Shown here one piece after another: positions 24,807 to 38,236 of a stretch of DNA of 64,000 nucleotides. This DNA is from Neoechinorhynchus agilis. Lineage: Eukaryota; Animalia; Acanthocephala. Made by a program: the position numbers and the translations under genes. The notes beneath the pieces are model-generated. The model searched no databases. It saw nothing but the letters and a program-made list of their open reading frames with translations, and was not told the DNA's origin. Position 1 is the first letter of the stretch, and each line of letters begins with the position of its first letter. The stretch spans positions 2,576,797 to 2,640,796 of the forward strand of contig CM121342.1 of NCBI GenBank assembly GCA_051530055.1. Reading direction: 5' to 3'.

Positions 24807-27124
24807 TTGATGTTACTGATTCTTGTCGGTCACGTAAAAGAAGCAGCTCCGGCGGCCAGACAGCTACTGATAGTAGCCTGTCAACGCGGGGTCGGTGTGC
24901 CGCTCCACTTGGTGATGCGGCAGCGAACAGAAGAAACAAAATCCACCAGTGCGACCGGAAAAAGCGAGGGCGTCGTAGCTCTCGCCGACGACTTGAGCGT
25001 CGAAATGAGCGAAACTGTCGCCGGAGGCAACGAAAGCGTCAGTCGAAGTTCATCACCGTGGTGGGTACGGACTGTTCAGGTGGCGCTGACAGCCGTGAGC
25101 CCTTTGGTCCAGCTATTTCAGATAGAAGAGGACTACGAATCGGATCCTTGAATTGTAGGAGTCTGCGAGCGCAATGGCGTAAGGGAACCCTGGCCAAATT
25201 GGCAAGGGACGCCAGAATGGATCTTGTGTTTTTACAAGAATTGCGCATAAGAGGCCAGTCAGACAAAGACGTAAATCAGGAGGACTTAGGAGGTCTGCGG
25301 ACAGTCGAGGAAATGGAGGTGTAGGCGTTTGTTTGTCACCCCGCCTCCGAAACTCAGCACTATGCAGTATTATAAATGACCGAATCCTTCGTGTCAGCAT
25401 AAAGCTTCGGTCGGGAAATCTCTATGCTTTTGGCGCATATTCACCGACCTCCTCGTCGGATGAAGAGGCGGTTGAAGGATATTATGGAAATCTAGCCGAA
25501 CCATTAGATGATGTACCGAACAGAGACACCCTCCTAATAGCCGGTGACTTCAACGCGATTTTACCGCATTCCGAAAGATCGCTATATGTGTTGAAAGGCG
25601 AGAATCGGAACAGCCGGTTGAGGCGCTGGAGCAGCATGATCTCGTGTCTGCTAACACTTTATTCCGGAAGCGTCCGTGGCGTTTGGCGACGTTTATGGGT
25701 CAAAAGAATCCGTCCAAACATGCCACGGAAAAAAATCCCAAGAGACGCTTAGCTCAGCTTGACCATATATTGTTGAGACGTAGGGAAAAATGTCGGGTCA
25801 AAAACGCGGACACATTCACAGTTGATGGGCTGCCAACCGACCACAAGTTGGTGATGTGTCAGTTGAGCATGAGAGACTCGTTGTTCCGTGCGCCTCAACG
25901 TCCTCCACGTCCGTTCTATGGCGCCCTCGCTAATGAAAAGAAGAGGAAAGGGTTCGATATCGAACTAGAGAATTAACTGAGCTCGATGCCAGCTGCTGAA
26001 ACGGATATTGATTTTTATTACAAGTCAATCTGCGACGCAGTGACCGAAGCGGCCGAGAAAACCCTCCCAAAAATGAGGCGTATAAAAGCTGCAAAGGTTA
26101 TATGGCAGGAGGACTGTGAATTTATGGCAATGGCTGAGCAGATCAAAACTCTAAGAAAAAGAGGAAAACGATCTGAGGCTCGCATTGCAAGGCTTGAACT
26201 TGCCAACCTCTATAATGAAAAGCAAAAGGCTCCGATAGAGGACGCAGTTCGCGGGATCGCATATAAGGAAGGTTTTGTTCGTACCTCCTTAGCATGGAGA
26301 GCGATAATCACTCTCACAGGAAGATCCCAAAGGCAGCCAACTTTGATTGAAGGTCCCTCCCCGGAAATCAGAAAAAAGAGAATCGCAAATTATTTTGCGG
26401 AAATTCTCAATTCGCCATTATCGTCTTTGGAAGTGAGTCCTGCACTTCCAAAATGCACAATCGTCCCAAGCACTGAGGCATACTTCACTGGACCGATTTC
26501 CGTGAAGGAAGCGATCGCTGCGGCGAAAATGATGCGTGCGGGACGTGCATCAGGCCCGAGGTTTGAATCTATTGCCAGAAAAATCATACCGATAATGAAT
26601 GGCATAATGAATGGTGGCGCAGTACCTCAAATCTGGCAAACGGCGCATTTAACAATGATCCCCAGGAAATGCTGCTCGACGAGGTATATCCTTCATGTCC
26701 AACACGGCAAAACTTTTCAGCAGCATTTTCAGACGCCGAATTCAGCCAATCCTCGAACCGTTTCTAAGTATTGAACAGAACGGCTTCAGGAAAGGTCGAA
26801 GCACCACAGAGCACATATTGGCTTTGAGGAGGATCCTCGAGGAGGCACGAATTCATCAAACGGATGTGACTCTGGTATTTGTTGATTTCCGTCGAGCTTT
26901 CGATTCGGTAAATCGAACGATGATTGGCGGTATCTTAAAGGAGTATGGAGTGCCGCCGATCATTGTCGCATCCGTTATGACATTATATAAAAACACAAGG
27001 TCCGCCGTAAAGACAGCTGACGGTTTTACAGAATACTTTTCCACCACTTCAGGTATTCTGCAGGGCGACACATTGGCTCCTTTCCTCTTCATCTTGGTGC
27101 TTGATTGGGTAATCAGGTGCTTGA
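24807..27124 (+). mobile_element. RTE-like LINE (APE + N-terminal half of RT), frameshifted, 3' half missing
   Basis: Motifs IGSLNCRSL, LVFLQELR, LIAGDFNA, AQLDHIL, DHKLV, EQNGFRKGRSTTEHILALRRILE, VFVDFRRAFDSV and GILQGDTLAPFLFILVLD. No YADD follows. Confidence 0.9.
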
Positions 27125-27790
27125 TTGAACGCGGTCCCGCTGGCATCTGTGGGTATTCTCCTCTCCGGCGAGGCAGTAAGGGTCGGAGTTTCAATGAGAT
27201 TAGGACTACCAATGTGTTATCCCCACCGTTGCCGCTGCAGTGCAAATGTGGATTCTTCGGGACGTCATGGTCTCATCTGTAGAAAATCAGCCGATAGATT
27301 CGCAAGACATGCCGAAATTGACATGGTGCTGAGCCGGGCACTTGTTATGCGGTAAATACCCCCAATATTTTGGAACATGCCAACCTCTGTAGGGACGACG
27401 GGCGTAGACCTGATGGGGTGACCGTATTTCCGTGGAGGGAGGATAAATACCTCCTCTGGGACGCCATTTGTGTCGATACACTCAAGGCCAGCAATCTCAA
27501 GTTCTCGGTGGTTCAAGCTGGAGGTGCAGCGAGTGCTGCGGAAGGACGGAAAACGGCAAAATACCTCAATTTAGCCCGGGTTGATGTGTTTGCACCTTTT
27601 GGGGCTGGGACCTACGGATCTCTTGGTAGCGAGGTTCTTCAACTTCTGAAGGATCTGAAGCGACGCCTTCAGGCTACAACCGGCGATGCAAGGTCAGGTC
27701 AATACTAGGTTCAAAATATCAGCATTGCCGTGTTGAGAGGCAACACTGCAAGCATTTGGGCAACAATTGAGGACGAGAACGGTGAATAAT
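27125..27790 (+). mobile_element. 3' fragment of a CRE-type non-LTR element (Cys/His knuckle + restriction-like endonuclease)
   Basis: LNAVP...MRLGL..CYPHRCRC...HGLICR....RH, RRPDG..VFPW..WD, RKTAKY, F.PFG..GSLG and QNISIAVLRGN form the typical RLE C-terminal string. Confidence 0.8.
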
Positions 27791-28079
27791 ATTTATCGAA
27801 GAAAAGATAACAAGTGGCACGCACCAAATTTACTAGATTGATACTTGGGCTGGCTGTTGTAATGTGATAAATAAAAATCTTTATTTTTTCAATACATAAA
27901 ATCGTGACTCAACCGAATCTGAGATTAAATCTGTACTACTGGATAAAATTTTAGATATATCTTCTTTTTTAAAATTGCACCTTCTATGACAGAGTGTCTA
28001 TTTATTGAGTAATTATTGAATGATTGGAAATTAGGTAATAAAAAGTATGAGAAGTTAAAATGTCCGCACCTCTTTTAAC

Positions 28080-28460
28080 ATTGAAACGCCTTTTCCGGTG
28101 GAACTTTTGTAATCGTCGATGAATAAGCGGTTATCGACTTTAACGTCTTTGAACTTTACATACTGAAATGTTTAAAGAAGCCCAGAAAGTTATAGAGAAA
28201 AGAACAAACGTTTGTTTAAAAGCTTTTAATTTTTGAATAGCTAATTTATTATGTTCAATTGGGAATCGAACCGAGCATTACTCGCGAGCGAAGAAGGCTG
28301 TCGAATTTTGAAAGACATTTTTTGATTAGTTTAAACGAAGTGCTCGTTACTCAATATAACTTTGCATTTTAAGATGTCGGTCGATGTAACTGAAACCTTA
28401 ATGATAATGAGGTTCTTACATTTCTCACGTTGCTCCAACTCGCTTTTACGTTCCTCATCA
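28080..28460 (-). mobile_element. Possible decayed LINE ORF1 remnant
   Basis: Minus strand gives ELEQREKCKNLIII and NRLFIDDY, resembling the EQRxRxxNLII and VFINEDL motifs; interrupted by stops. Confidence 0.3.
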
Positions 28461-31149
28461 GCCATAAACCGTTTAAGTCCTTCACTTATGTTTTTAATGG
28501 ATTAGGTCTATGGATGAACAAGTTAATAGTTAGCATGAGTTCGCCAAAAGTCATCAGTCTACCAAGAGGTACTTAATTTGTCGTTGTCTAGGAGTCGCTA
28601 ACAACGAAAATCCTTAGGGAAAGTCTTATAGTAACAATCAGCAGAACAAAAAAACGCAAATATGTCTGCCAATTTCAGTCAATCTTTTTAGCCTCTGAAT
28701 GAACAACTCGAAAAAGTTGGAACCGAATCGTCGCTCAAATTTGCCGTAAGCCGTGGTTGCGAATTTATAAAACATCACGAAGTTAACAATTTTATAAAAC
28801 AGTGTAATTTTGAACCGCATTTGATCAGCAACAGATCGTAATCTCCAGACAGACTATAAAAAGCTTATAGTAACGCAATAACTTAAAGAGAGATACTCCC
28901 GCCCACGCTACGAGCCAACCGCTCTACTGATCTTCCCAATTGTTTTTTATGCATTATGGTTCGCTGATCTCTCGTTTTAGGTGTTATTCTAGCAAAATCC
29001 ATAAGGTCTCTATTTATAGTTACTTATTTTCGCCTTCTCCATGTGAACAAAGTATAAAATGTGTTCGTCAAGTCGTTAAAAATTATTGTAAAACCTCTCT
29101 TAGTGTAATCAATTTAATGTCCCTAAAATTCTAGGATGTATTTTGCATTCCACTAATTTTCGCTTAAAATGGAAACGCTAGAATGCTCTGCAAGATATTA
29201 TCCATTTTAATACGCAGTAGTCATTAATGATGATTTAATTAGCAACTCTTTTGTCTTTAAACTTTTTTATCATTCATACTTAGAGGACATTCACCATCAA
29301 TTATGAAATGCATGTCATGGATTTTTTTAAATCGACATGGATTTACAAATTTTAAATCCGGAAATTATAATATATTTTAAATATATATTTCAGCGGCAAT
29401 ATAGACGATTGCTTCATATCTATTGAATTTTAACGAGGATAAGTTGAGTTCTTCGATTCTGAATTCTATGAACTTTATACTCAAAATTAAGCTTGAAAAT
29501 AGCTTTATCGAAATTTGTTCTTTTCTATTGGTACACAATATATTGTCCGTCCACACTTTCTTGTAAGCAAATTCCCGAAATTTATGTTTAGTCTTTTTTA
29601 AGAAATTTAAGTTATTGCGATTTTCCGCTCTGTTTTAAAATCCATATTTTTGAAAATTCATGTTGAGAAATGCTTGATTGAAGTCTTTGCTAGTTTATGA
29701 TGTTTAATTGGAAATTCGAATTTCCGAAACAATTGTCTTACTTTCCTAAGATTTCAATTGAGAACATTGCGCGGATTTTTCGCAATTAATACTTTAAAAT
29801 TTCTCATTAAGAGCATTAAATAAACATCATTCAATTGGGTTTGACAAATTTTGGTTTACGATGCCAAGTCCATGTGCTATTTATTTTAATTAGTTAAATT
29901 TAAAAGGCAATTTCGGTCCGATTATTTTTATTTCTGTTGTTGTTGTTGCGAAATTTCCTAAACTAATTCCACAAAGATTCGTGCTCGGTACTAGAGAGTC
30001 AAAGTGTTACATTAGTTCGATAGGAATTCAATCATTTTTAGAATGTTTCTATTTGGTTCTTAAGTGTAGTTCGAGCAACTATCGCCTTGTCGACTCTCCT
30101 TGGACTACTTGGATAAGTCACTTGTCAAACAACAACAACAACAACGTTTGCTTCCACATCATCAACATGAACTTCATAACAAAACCTTTATGTAGTCGTC
30201 AAAAATCAACCTCCAAGAACCTCTTACCTCAAAGCACTAAGAATTCATCACGTAAAGATCTAGAAATCCCAATTATCGTGGAGCAAACTAGCGTCACAAA
30301 TATTAGTCATTATCGGTGGACTTTTTTCGATGTAGAAAAAAATAAGTTATTTAATTCTTGTCTAGCATAATTCCTCCTATTTAAAAATTGATTCCGTTAC
30401 GTGAGTTTAAATCTTAGTTCTTTACCGGAGAATCTGCATTAATTTTGTGTACTTGAGAAAAGTACTTATTGATGGTGAAGAAAAGCAGCTAATAGGCCGA
30501 GATGCTTTCTCATGGCATGTAAATAACATTTCTTTATTATTTGAAAAAAATATGCGCAATAAATATTTTCCATTTACTGTTAATTTATTACTAGTGAGAC
30601 ATAGAAAAATCTACGGTAATTAGTTGTTCAGGTTGCAATTGTGCCAGTTAAATGGTCTTCGATTTTATCGTAATTTAACGGCATGGAGTGCTTAAAAGAG
30701 ACAAAGAATTTGACAGCAAGGCTGTCATCGTATATTTTTAGTTCCGCTATATTTTTGTACGGTTCATCATTCCGTTTCAGAAAATGAATGCTCGATGAGA
30801 ATAAGGATGTTTCTCCGTCCGCATATTTAAAAAATCCCACACTGTCCCAGTTTTCCATTTCTTAGTGTTGAGGACCAAGTAACAAAGTGCTTGAGAATCT
30901 TGGGCGACCGCACGTTCGGCCGCGCGTTTATCCTCTCTCACCAATCAGTTTCCATGGATATGTGTTGATCTTTCCTTTCTAGAGTGAAAATCACGGGATC
31001 GAAACTCGGTGTTGGTCGTCCAGTAAAAGTGTCACTTTCGCAATGGATCCATACTTAGGAGGTGACGATGGAGGTGAAGCTGTAAGGGTCAGTTGGATTG
31101 AAGAAATCAGCGACCGAGTTCGGCTTCCGACAGTACATAGTTCCCACGC

Positions 31150-31320
31150 CCTTCAAGGTTCGTAATTAGTCACCAGTGGCACTCTGGTTGTGTTTTAAAA
31201 TGCGCAGAAAAAGTATTGTTCCCGCTTTGCGGGTGGGGGAGTGTATTGTCAAACGTTGTTCCATTCATTTCGAAGATATATTTGCCTGCACCACAAAATA
31301 TATTTAAAAGTTGTTTTAAC
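31150..31320 (-). mobile_element. Possible GIY-YIG (Penelope-like) endonuclease remnant
   Basis: With one frameshift it reads FCGAGKYIFE-EQRLTIH...FSAHF...CH, loosely matching C..YIGET.R.L..R..EH...H. Weak. Confidence 0.3.
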
Positions 31321-32310
31321 CTAGTCTTTTATGGAACCGTATGAGGGTAGGAAACGTGAGTGGGGGGGACCATCCCTGCTCCAACGCGCATCTGAGACTT
31401 TCCGTTGTATGAATCTCGTGCCAGATATACTCCACATATAAAGAGAATAGGATCACGCGAAATTGACTAGGGCGTCAGCGTGAAGGCACAGGAAATGTTG
31501 GCATAAACGTCTCGTCTACCCAGATCGATAGTTTGGTAAGGGAACTTGTTACTCTTAATCTTCCCTCGGTCCAAATAACCGACCGCATTAGCAATACTGA
31601 AATATCTCTTATGGATTCCAAAAGACATTATTCTTATCGATTAGAAGGAAGGAAATGCGAGAGCTCCGAAGGCTTGTGGATTCATAGGAATGATTTGTAT
31701 TCAGATCACGGTGGGCATGACCGTTCAAGTGGATCTGATGAACCTTCTAAATACTGTAGGTTGCTGCCACAATTAATGCAGTTTTGGGCCTATTTTAGAA
31801 ACCAAAATGCTCGATTTCACGGAAATTCTCTATGATTTACGATACTGTGTCGTTTACGCTAAGAATAGTATTTCCGTTTTCTCCTCTTCATTCACGTTGC
31901 ACCAGCAAAGAAACTCACTGAGTAGACGACATATGTCTTTTGTCTGCCAGTTATGATGTTTTGTCTAAGACTTTGAAGTGCCTCTTTGAATGAACGTGCT
32001 CATTTTTTGCTGGTCTCCAATTGAACAGTCGAAATAGCGATTGATTTTATTCTTCAGAAAAGTAACGAAGAGTATTTCAATGTCGCTTTTTTTACCCGTT
32101 TTGCGCATTCATTAATTCGATCGTGCACATTTGGTTTTTTGTTTGGGGATGAGAAATAAGGATTAATTTATCCACGCCCTTTGAGAAAATATTTCGTCCG
32201 TATAGTCGGACTTCTTCAGGTCGATCCTAAATCTATAATATATCCATGATTTTACAAGGTTCCTACTTTTAAAAGAGCCTCGGGTAGGTCAATTTGAACG
32301 GAATAGACTT

Positions 32311-35300
32311 TTGACGAAAAAACTTATATTTTACAGCATATTTTATGAAATTGTGCGCTTTGAATCCCAAATTGTAAAGCCAAAGAAATCGCCCGCTGGA
32401 TATTCGCGCATCAAGAGCACAGAATGCTTTTATTTCCTCGTTGCAATTCCGCATTCGTTCCAAATCCCTTTGATACAAAGCATCTTAGCTGATTATCGTC
32501 TTCCCCGTCTCACAGGCATATCTGGAGATGATAGAGATCCTCCAGCAGCCGTCACTGAACGCAGTCAACTCTTGTCGAAGTTTTCAAACATGGAGAAGCG
32601 CTTTCAGCTCGAGGAAGACGACCGAGGGAAGGTGACTGCAAAATGTCGAACATGTAATGCAAGGAAAAACGATCCCGATGTTCGTAAAAGGCGTAATATA
32701 TTCGTAGAGATGATTGAATTCGATCCTACTAAATGGGTTTGGAACGAAACTGCAAGGTTGGTCATATTTAGCTTTAGGAAAGCTCATATCCTTCTAACAG
32801 GTGGGTGAGATTCGAAGAAGATGTAGAAGAAGGCGGTCAATGGTCAAAACCGCATTTGTGTCTCGTTCCATTGTACTCCTTAGTGCATCTACGGGAAATC
32901 TTGAAGGATTCAGCGATGCTTTTAGACTTCTCAGGTGAAACCATCGAAGAGATATTTCGTGCTGCACTAAATGTTCATGTCGATACCGGTCGGATAGATA
33001 CAATGACCGCTGGGCGTTGCCTTAATATGCTTAGTCTTAGTCATTTTCATCAGAATGTTAGCAAATTAGCCACAAAAGGGATTGTTCACTCTTTAGCGGA
33101 CTTCGGGAGTCGGGCAGCTGCTGCCATTACACGAGTCAGTCATAGTGTTCTGCCAATCGGTAAGTACGATTTCACACGAATAGCGTTGTGGACTTTTGTT
33201 TAGTTCAGACAGATCGCAGACTGAAGTTGAGATTAAGAATAAAGTGCAGGATCTGAAGGAGAATACTGAATTTTCTGATAAGAAACTAAATCGAGATATT
33301 GGTCGGTCGACGCAGCTTCTACGTGTGAATAATGATTCAAATAATAATCAAAAGCTAAAGGTATTTTGGGCTTGATGATAAACTATTCGTCTAAAAAGTG
33401 ACATAGATTAATCGCCATTTGCAAAAGAAACTCCCAATAGATACGGAGAGTGTGAGTATCATGGTTGGCTCCAATGAGCATATTGAGAAGCCTATTTCTG
33501 CCTTCATTAGATTAGCCAAACCGACGTTTCTCGGTATATTTTTTCAGTTTATTTTCAAATGTTGATCTCCTCCATTTTAGAGGATCTGACCGAGTTGAGC
33601 CTTCCAAATAGATTTTTATTTATCCTTTTGATTCCATATAAAACTGAGAGTATTTATCACGACGTTGGCCGAAGTATGAGTGCCATAATATGTAATGAGG
33701 TATTAAAAAAAATCTAAAGTGTGACAATTTAAAAAATTAATAAAAGATGTCAAGTCACGATATTTATAAGGCTAAAAATCGAAACGATGTTATAAAAGGT
33801 CATTATCTTAGTTATTTTTAAGATAATTTTTCTATTTTTTTAACAGGCATTGACCATTTTCTCGATCACGCACTCGCAATTCCACCTAACGATTGGGACA
33901 TTAAACAGAATATTGAACCATTGAATGACCCTCTTCATGAAGATCACCATAATGTCCCTCCTCCTCCTGAAGATCTTCCAACTACTTTCGATTACAAATG
34001 CGTTCCTGAGTACCATCCCGATCCAATTCTTGAACGCTCACGTAGGTATGATATCGTACCTATGATTTCGTCCATCCTAATCGATTTCGATTAAGGTGTT
34101 TTGGTGGTCTTATTGAAGACATTCGCCGTTCTGCAAAATTCTACGTTAGTGATATTAAGGACGCTTACAACTTTCGTTGTTTAACTTCAATACTCTTCAT
34201 GTATTTCGCTTGCTTATCTCCGATTGTGACATTTGGTGGTCTCTTGTCTAAAGCAACTGCTCACAACATGGTTTATATCTTTTGAACCTTTGTTTCAAAA
34301 TTGCTAATTTAGGATTTCAAAAGGGTACAATTGAGAGTCTCATGGCTGGTCTTCTCTCTGGAACAGTGTACCATCTCTGTGCAGGTCAACCATTGACAAT
34401 CATTGGCAGTACTGGACCCGTGCTGATTTTCGAAACCATCGTCCACAAATATTGCACCAGTACAGGTCTGGATTATATGGGAATTCGCGTGTGGATCGGA
34501 ATATGGGTGTCGTTAATTTTGTTAATTGTGGTGGCGACTGATGCCTGCGTTCTTATTAAACATATAACTCGATTCACAGGTTTGATTTTTAACTTTGGTC
34601 TCAGTAACATAAAAATACGCTACGAGCAGAAGAGTCGTTCGCCGCTCTGATTGGTTCGATTTTCATTTACGAGGCCATTCAAAAAATGTATGAACTTTAT
34701 ATGTTTTATCCATTTGATATGGGATCATTGAATGCGGCAACACTAAATGATACTAAAAAAGCTTGTGGCAAAAACTTTTCAATAGCCATACTTTCGCCTC
34801 GATATAATCCGGTTTGATTTTCCAGGAAAATAATAGAAATATTTATCGCTTCAGAACGAGAATTGAGATTTCCGTTTCTTTCCAAAATCTTTAAAACATT
34901 GCAAAATTCACTCAAGTTAACCTATCCGTTAATTATTTTTTTTATTTGATAACCTTTTTGTGTCTTATATCTGAGTGAATTCTATTTGAAGAAGAAATTT
35001 CTTTTAAGTAATTAAATTTTTAAAATGATTAGGGTCTTACAGTCTCAGTGCATGACAAATTCGTCAAAAATTTACTTTGAGTTTTGCTGATTATTTTGAA
35101 TGTTACGTGCACTAAAAAACAAGTTCTACAATTAAATTTTCTAAACTACAGGCATTACACAAAAGATAACAGATATTACAGAACGATTGTTAAATTTTTG
35201 ACTAAAAGCTGCAAAGCAACAGTCTTTCCCACTTTTAATTATGTTTGTTCATAACGGAAAAATTGCAGAAATTTTATTAAATCCGATATTTCGGCACAAT

Positions 35301-38236
35301 CTTGTGCCTCTATCAAAGTTGTTTAGGTGTTTTAGGCAGAAGATTGTGCCGAATTTTCCGCTGTAAACAAACATCAATAATTCAATCTTCAAACTTTTAA
35401 TTATTCAAAAATTTCTATAAAATAATAGAACATCGCGGGATACCTAAAACCCAATGTGATGCATTTAGTTTTTAAGACTAAACAACAGATATTAAGGTTT
35501 TGAGCATGCGAAGGAAGTGGTTAAAGAAGGAAAATTGGTTCAAAATTACACAATTTTAGCTTTATTGTTGAAAATAGTAACTTATTTTATCTGTACCATT
35601 TCACACCTTCGCTTTTTCGCTGCAAGGTAGGAAATTTCTGAATTCCCAACTTTATAAAATAGTGTTAGAGACGTTCCACTTTCTACTTTCTAAAGCATCC
35701 AATAAATTTTCTTTTACTAAGGAGAGTATCGTACTTATATAAATAAAGTCCATGTAGTTTACAAAAATATATCCGCATAATCGATGCTCTCCTGTAATTC
35801 GTATTCTTTTAAATATAGAAAAATTTAAAGGGCCCGAAAGCGTCTATTATTCAAATGTGAAATAATGAACCGTTTCATCGTGTAAAGAAATCAAAAGTAG
35901 ACTAACGTATATTCGACTTAGTCAACCGAAGATCATTTAAATCTATCGTTTGATTAATCTTTAACTTGATTCTTGTCCTCAAACGATAAATTTTCCAATC
36001 ATTGGACCACCTAATTCAAATGCTAAATCTGGATTTCTACAGGATCATCAAAAAGCGATAACGACATGTTCGTTTCCCTTGCAACCGGACGTGTTTTGGT
36101 TTTCACTGTTCCTTTTCTTTTTTACATTTTTCGGAATGGTTCAACTGAAGGGATTCAAATCTTCACGATATTTTCCAACACAGGTATCTATGTTTAAATA
36201 TATTTCGTTCCACACAGATTTCTTCAATTTAGTTTCGTAGCATCGTAAGCAACTTCGCAGCTGTTATAATCTTTTCCGTAACTGTTTTCATCGATCATTT
36301 CTCAAGAATCGAAACTCCGAAGCTACTTGTGCCAACAAAATTCATGGTATAGCTAAATTAAACTTAGCGTTTCGCCTAAATTTAATGTTAGACAACCAAA
36401 CCGGACCGTGGATGGTTTGTTTCACCATTTGGCCGGATATCAGTAGGCTACATGTTCGCTGCTATTCTACCCGCTCTTTTGGCTACCATTCTCGTCTTCA
36501 TGGACCAAAACATTACAAGTGTTATTGTAAATCGGCGGGAAAATAAACTTAAGGTACACCCACGGGTTTAAGAATCAAATCGATTCTAAAAAATTGATCT
36601 GATTTAGAAAGGTGGTGGTTATCATCTCGATATGCTTGTAATCGCCATCTGTATCCTGATGAATTCGCTTTTTGGTCTTCCTTGGTTTGTCGCTGCCACT
36701 GTTTTGTCAATGAATCATGTAATAAGTCTCAAAATCGAATCCCATTGTGTGATGCCCGGCGAAAAACCAACGTAAGTTTCCGGTGGCTACTATCCTATGA
36801 CGTTACCTCGGTTTTTATTGGTGATCCCGCCGATATACCAATCAGTTCCAGATTAGGAAAAATTATCAGCTGGGAAACTTAGACACAGATTAAAAGTAAC
36901 TGGCTAGCCAGACTCCAAAAAATAAAATAATTCAATAATTTGGCCCAAAATTAAAAAACTGGCAGAGTTTGTACATTCGTAGTTGCGCCGAGGTGGTCTA
37001 GTAGATTAAAGCCCCGAATCCATGTTTCGGGAACAAAGTGTTCAAATCTACGATCGCCGATGACTCACAACCAAAGGGTACGAAATACCTCGATGAAGGT
37101 AGGAGGAAAATCACTGATGAGTCCCACCTACTCGGGAGGTATTTGAGGATCCGGAGGGATTCTTACAAACTCATTACTATATATAGTTCAGGGTTTTTAA
37201 GTGATTTTTATGCGCTTCCCTAGCCCACATCATTGGGCTGTGTTCCCAAGATAAAATTATCAGACACAGAATAAAAGTAACCGGCTGGCCAGGCTTCAAA
37301 AAGCAAAATATGCGCAGTATTTAAGTTCAAATGTCAATTTTGAAACAAAAATTGCTTTGAAATTACATAGTCGTTGTTTTGTTTATTTTTAAATTAAAAC
37401 GTCTCTCTTTAATTTTTGCAGCTTTGATGGAATAATCGAACAACGTGTGACAGGATTCGTAGTCTTTTTGTTGATAGGACTGTCCGTTCTACTGACACCG
37501 TTGCTCAAAATGATACCTATGCCGGTGTTATACGGCCTCTTTCTCTACATGGGAGTATCATCTTTGGCTGAAATCCAATTTTGGGGCCGAGTAAAACTCC
37601 TTTTGATGACCAGCAAATCTAGACCAGACTACTCATTTGTTCGACACGTGAACATAAAGAAAGTTCATTTGTTCACGATTATCCAAATGTCTTGTACACT
37701 GATTTTGTGGCTGATTAAAAGCAATCAAAAGGTCTCCATGTGTTTTCCTTTAATGGTAAGCTTAAAAAATTGCCCATTGCTAACAATATAACTTTTCGAT
37801 ATAGGTAGCAGCTCTCGTGCTAGTTCGACTCGGCTTAACTCGTTTATTTACGGAAAGAGAAATGGCATTTTTGGACGACTTTAACCCAGATGCGACAAAG
37901 AAAGCCGAGGAGGATGAGGTAAAGAGGAAAAGGCGCAAGGGAAGCTTTATAAAAGGCAATGGAGAAAAGGTTATTCTTTTTAGACAGACTACTAATCCTT
38001 ATGCTAAACTAGAAATTTATGTTCTTGAATCATACCCGACTAGAATCTCAGGCAAAGGCTTTCACGATAGAAGTAGTTAGTGCAAGTCAGTTCGAACACT
38101 TGTTCATTCATTTACTAATTTAGCCCGAGGCTTGATGAGCGTGTTGAGAATGGAAAATGTGACTGCAAATGTTTCGACAACAAATTGTGACATTGTATTT
38201 GAGAATGAGGCTTCAGTGGGATTATTTTTGTTCTAA
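32311..38236 (+). CDS. SLC4: SLC4-family bicarbonate transporter/anion exchanger, multi-exon; start and last exons approximate
   Basis: Spliced exons give WNETAR|[122 protein letters not shown] and [13 protein letters not shown]. There are ~15+ GT-AG introns, mostly 44-52 nt (e.g. 32757-32800, 33160-33203, 33361-33406), and two large ones (~34814-36040, ~36773-37421). Confidence 0.92.
35240..35400. mobile_element. Nested inverted-repeat (MITE-like hairpin) in an SLC4 intron
   Basis: Perfect 14-bp IR TTCGGCACAATCTT / AAGATTGTGCCGAA, enclosed by an imperfect outer IR (TGTTTGTT..CGGAAAA / TTTTCCG..AAACAAACA). Confidence 0.5.
36987..37255 (+). mobile_element. tRNA-derived SINE, copy 1 (in an SLC4 intron)
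   Basis: A-box-like TGGTCTAGTAG (36994) and B-box GTTCAAATC (37040); body and GCGCTTCCCT..A-rich tail are shared with the copy at 42231. Confidence 0.7.

Noticed and set aside
29930-30160. (TTG)n at ~29936 and (CAA)n at ~30129 as element termini
   Set aside because: Short microsatellites with no supporting TSD, TIR or coding remnant between them.
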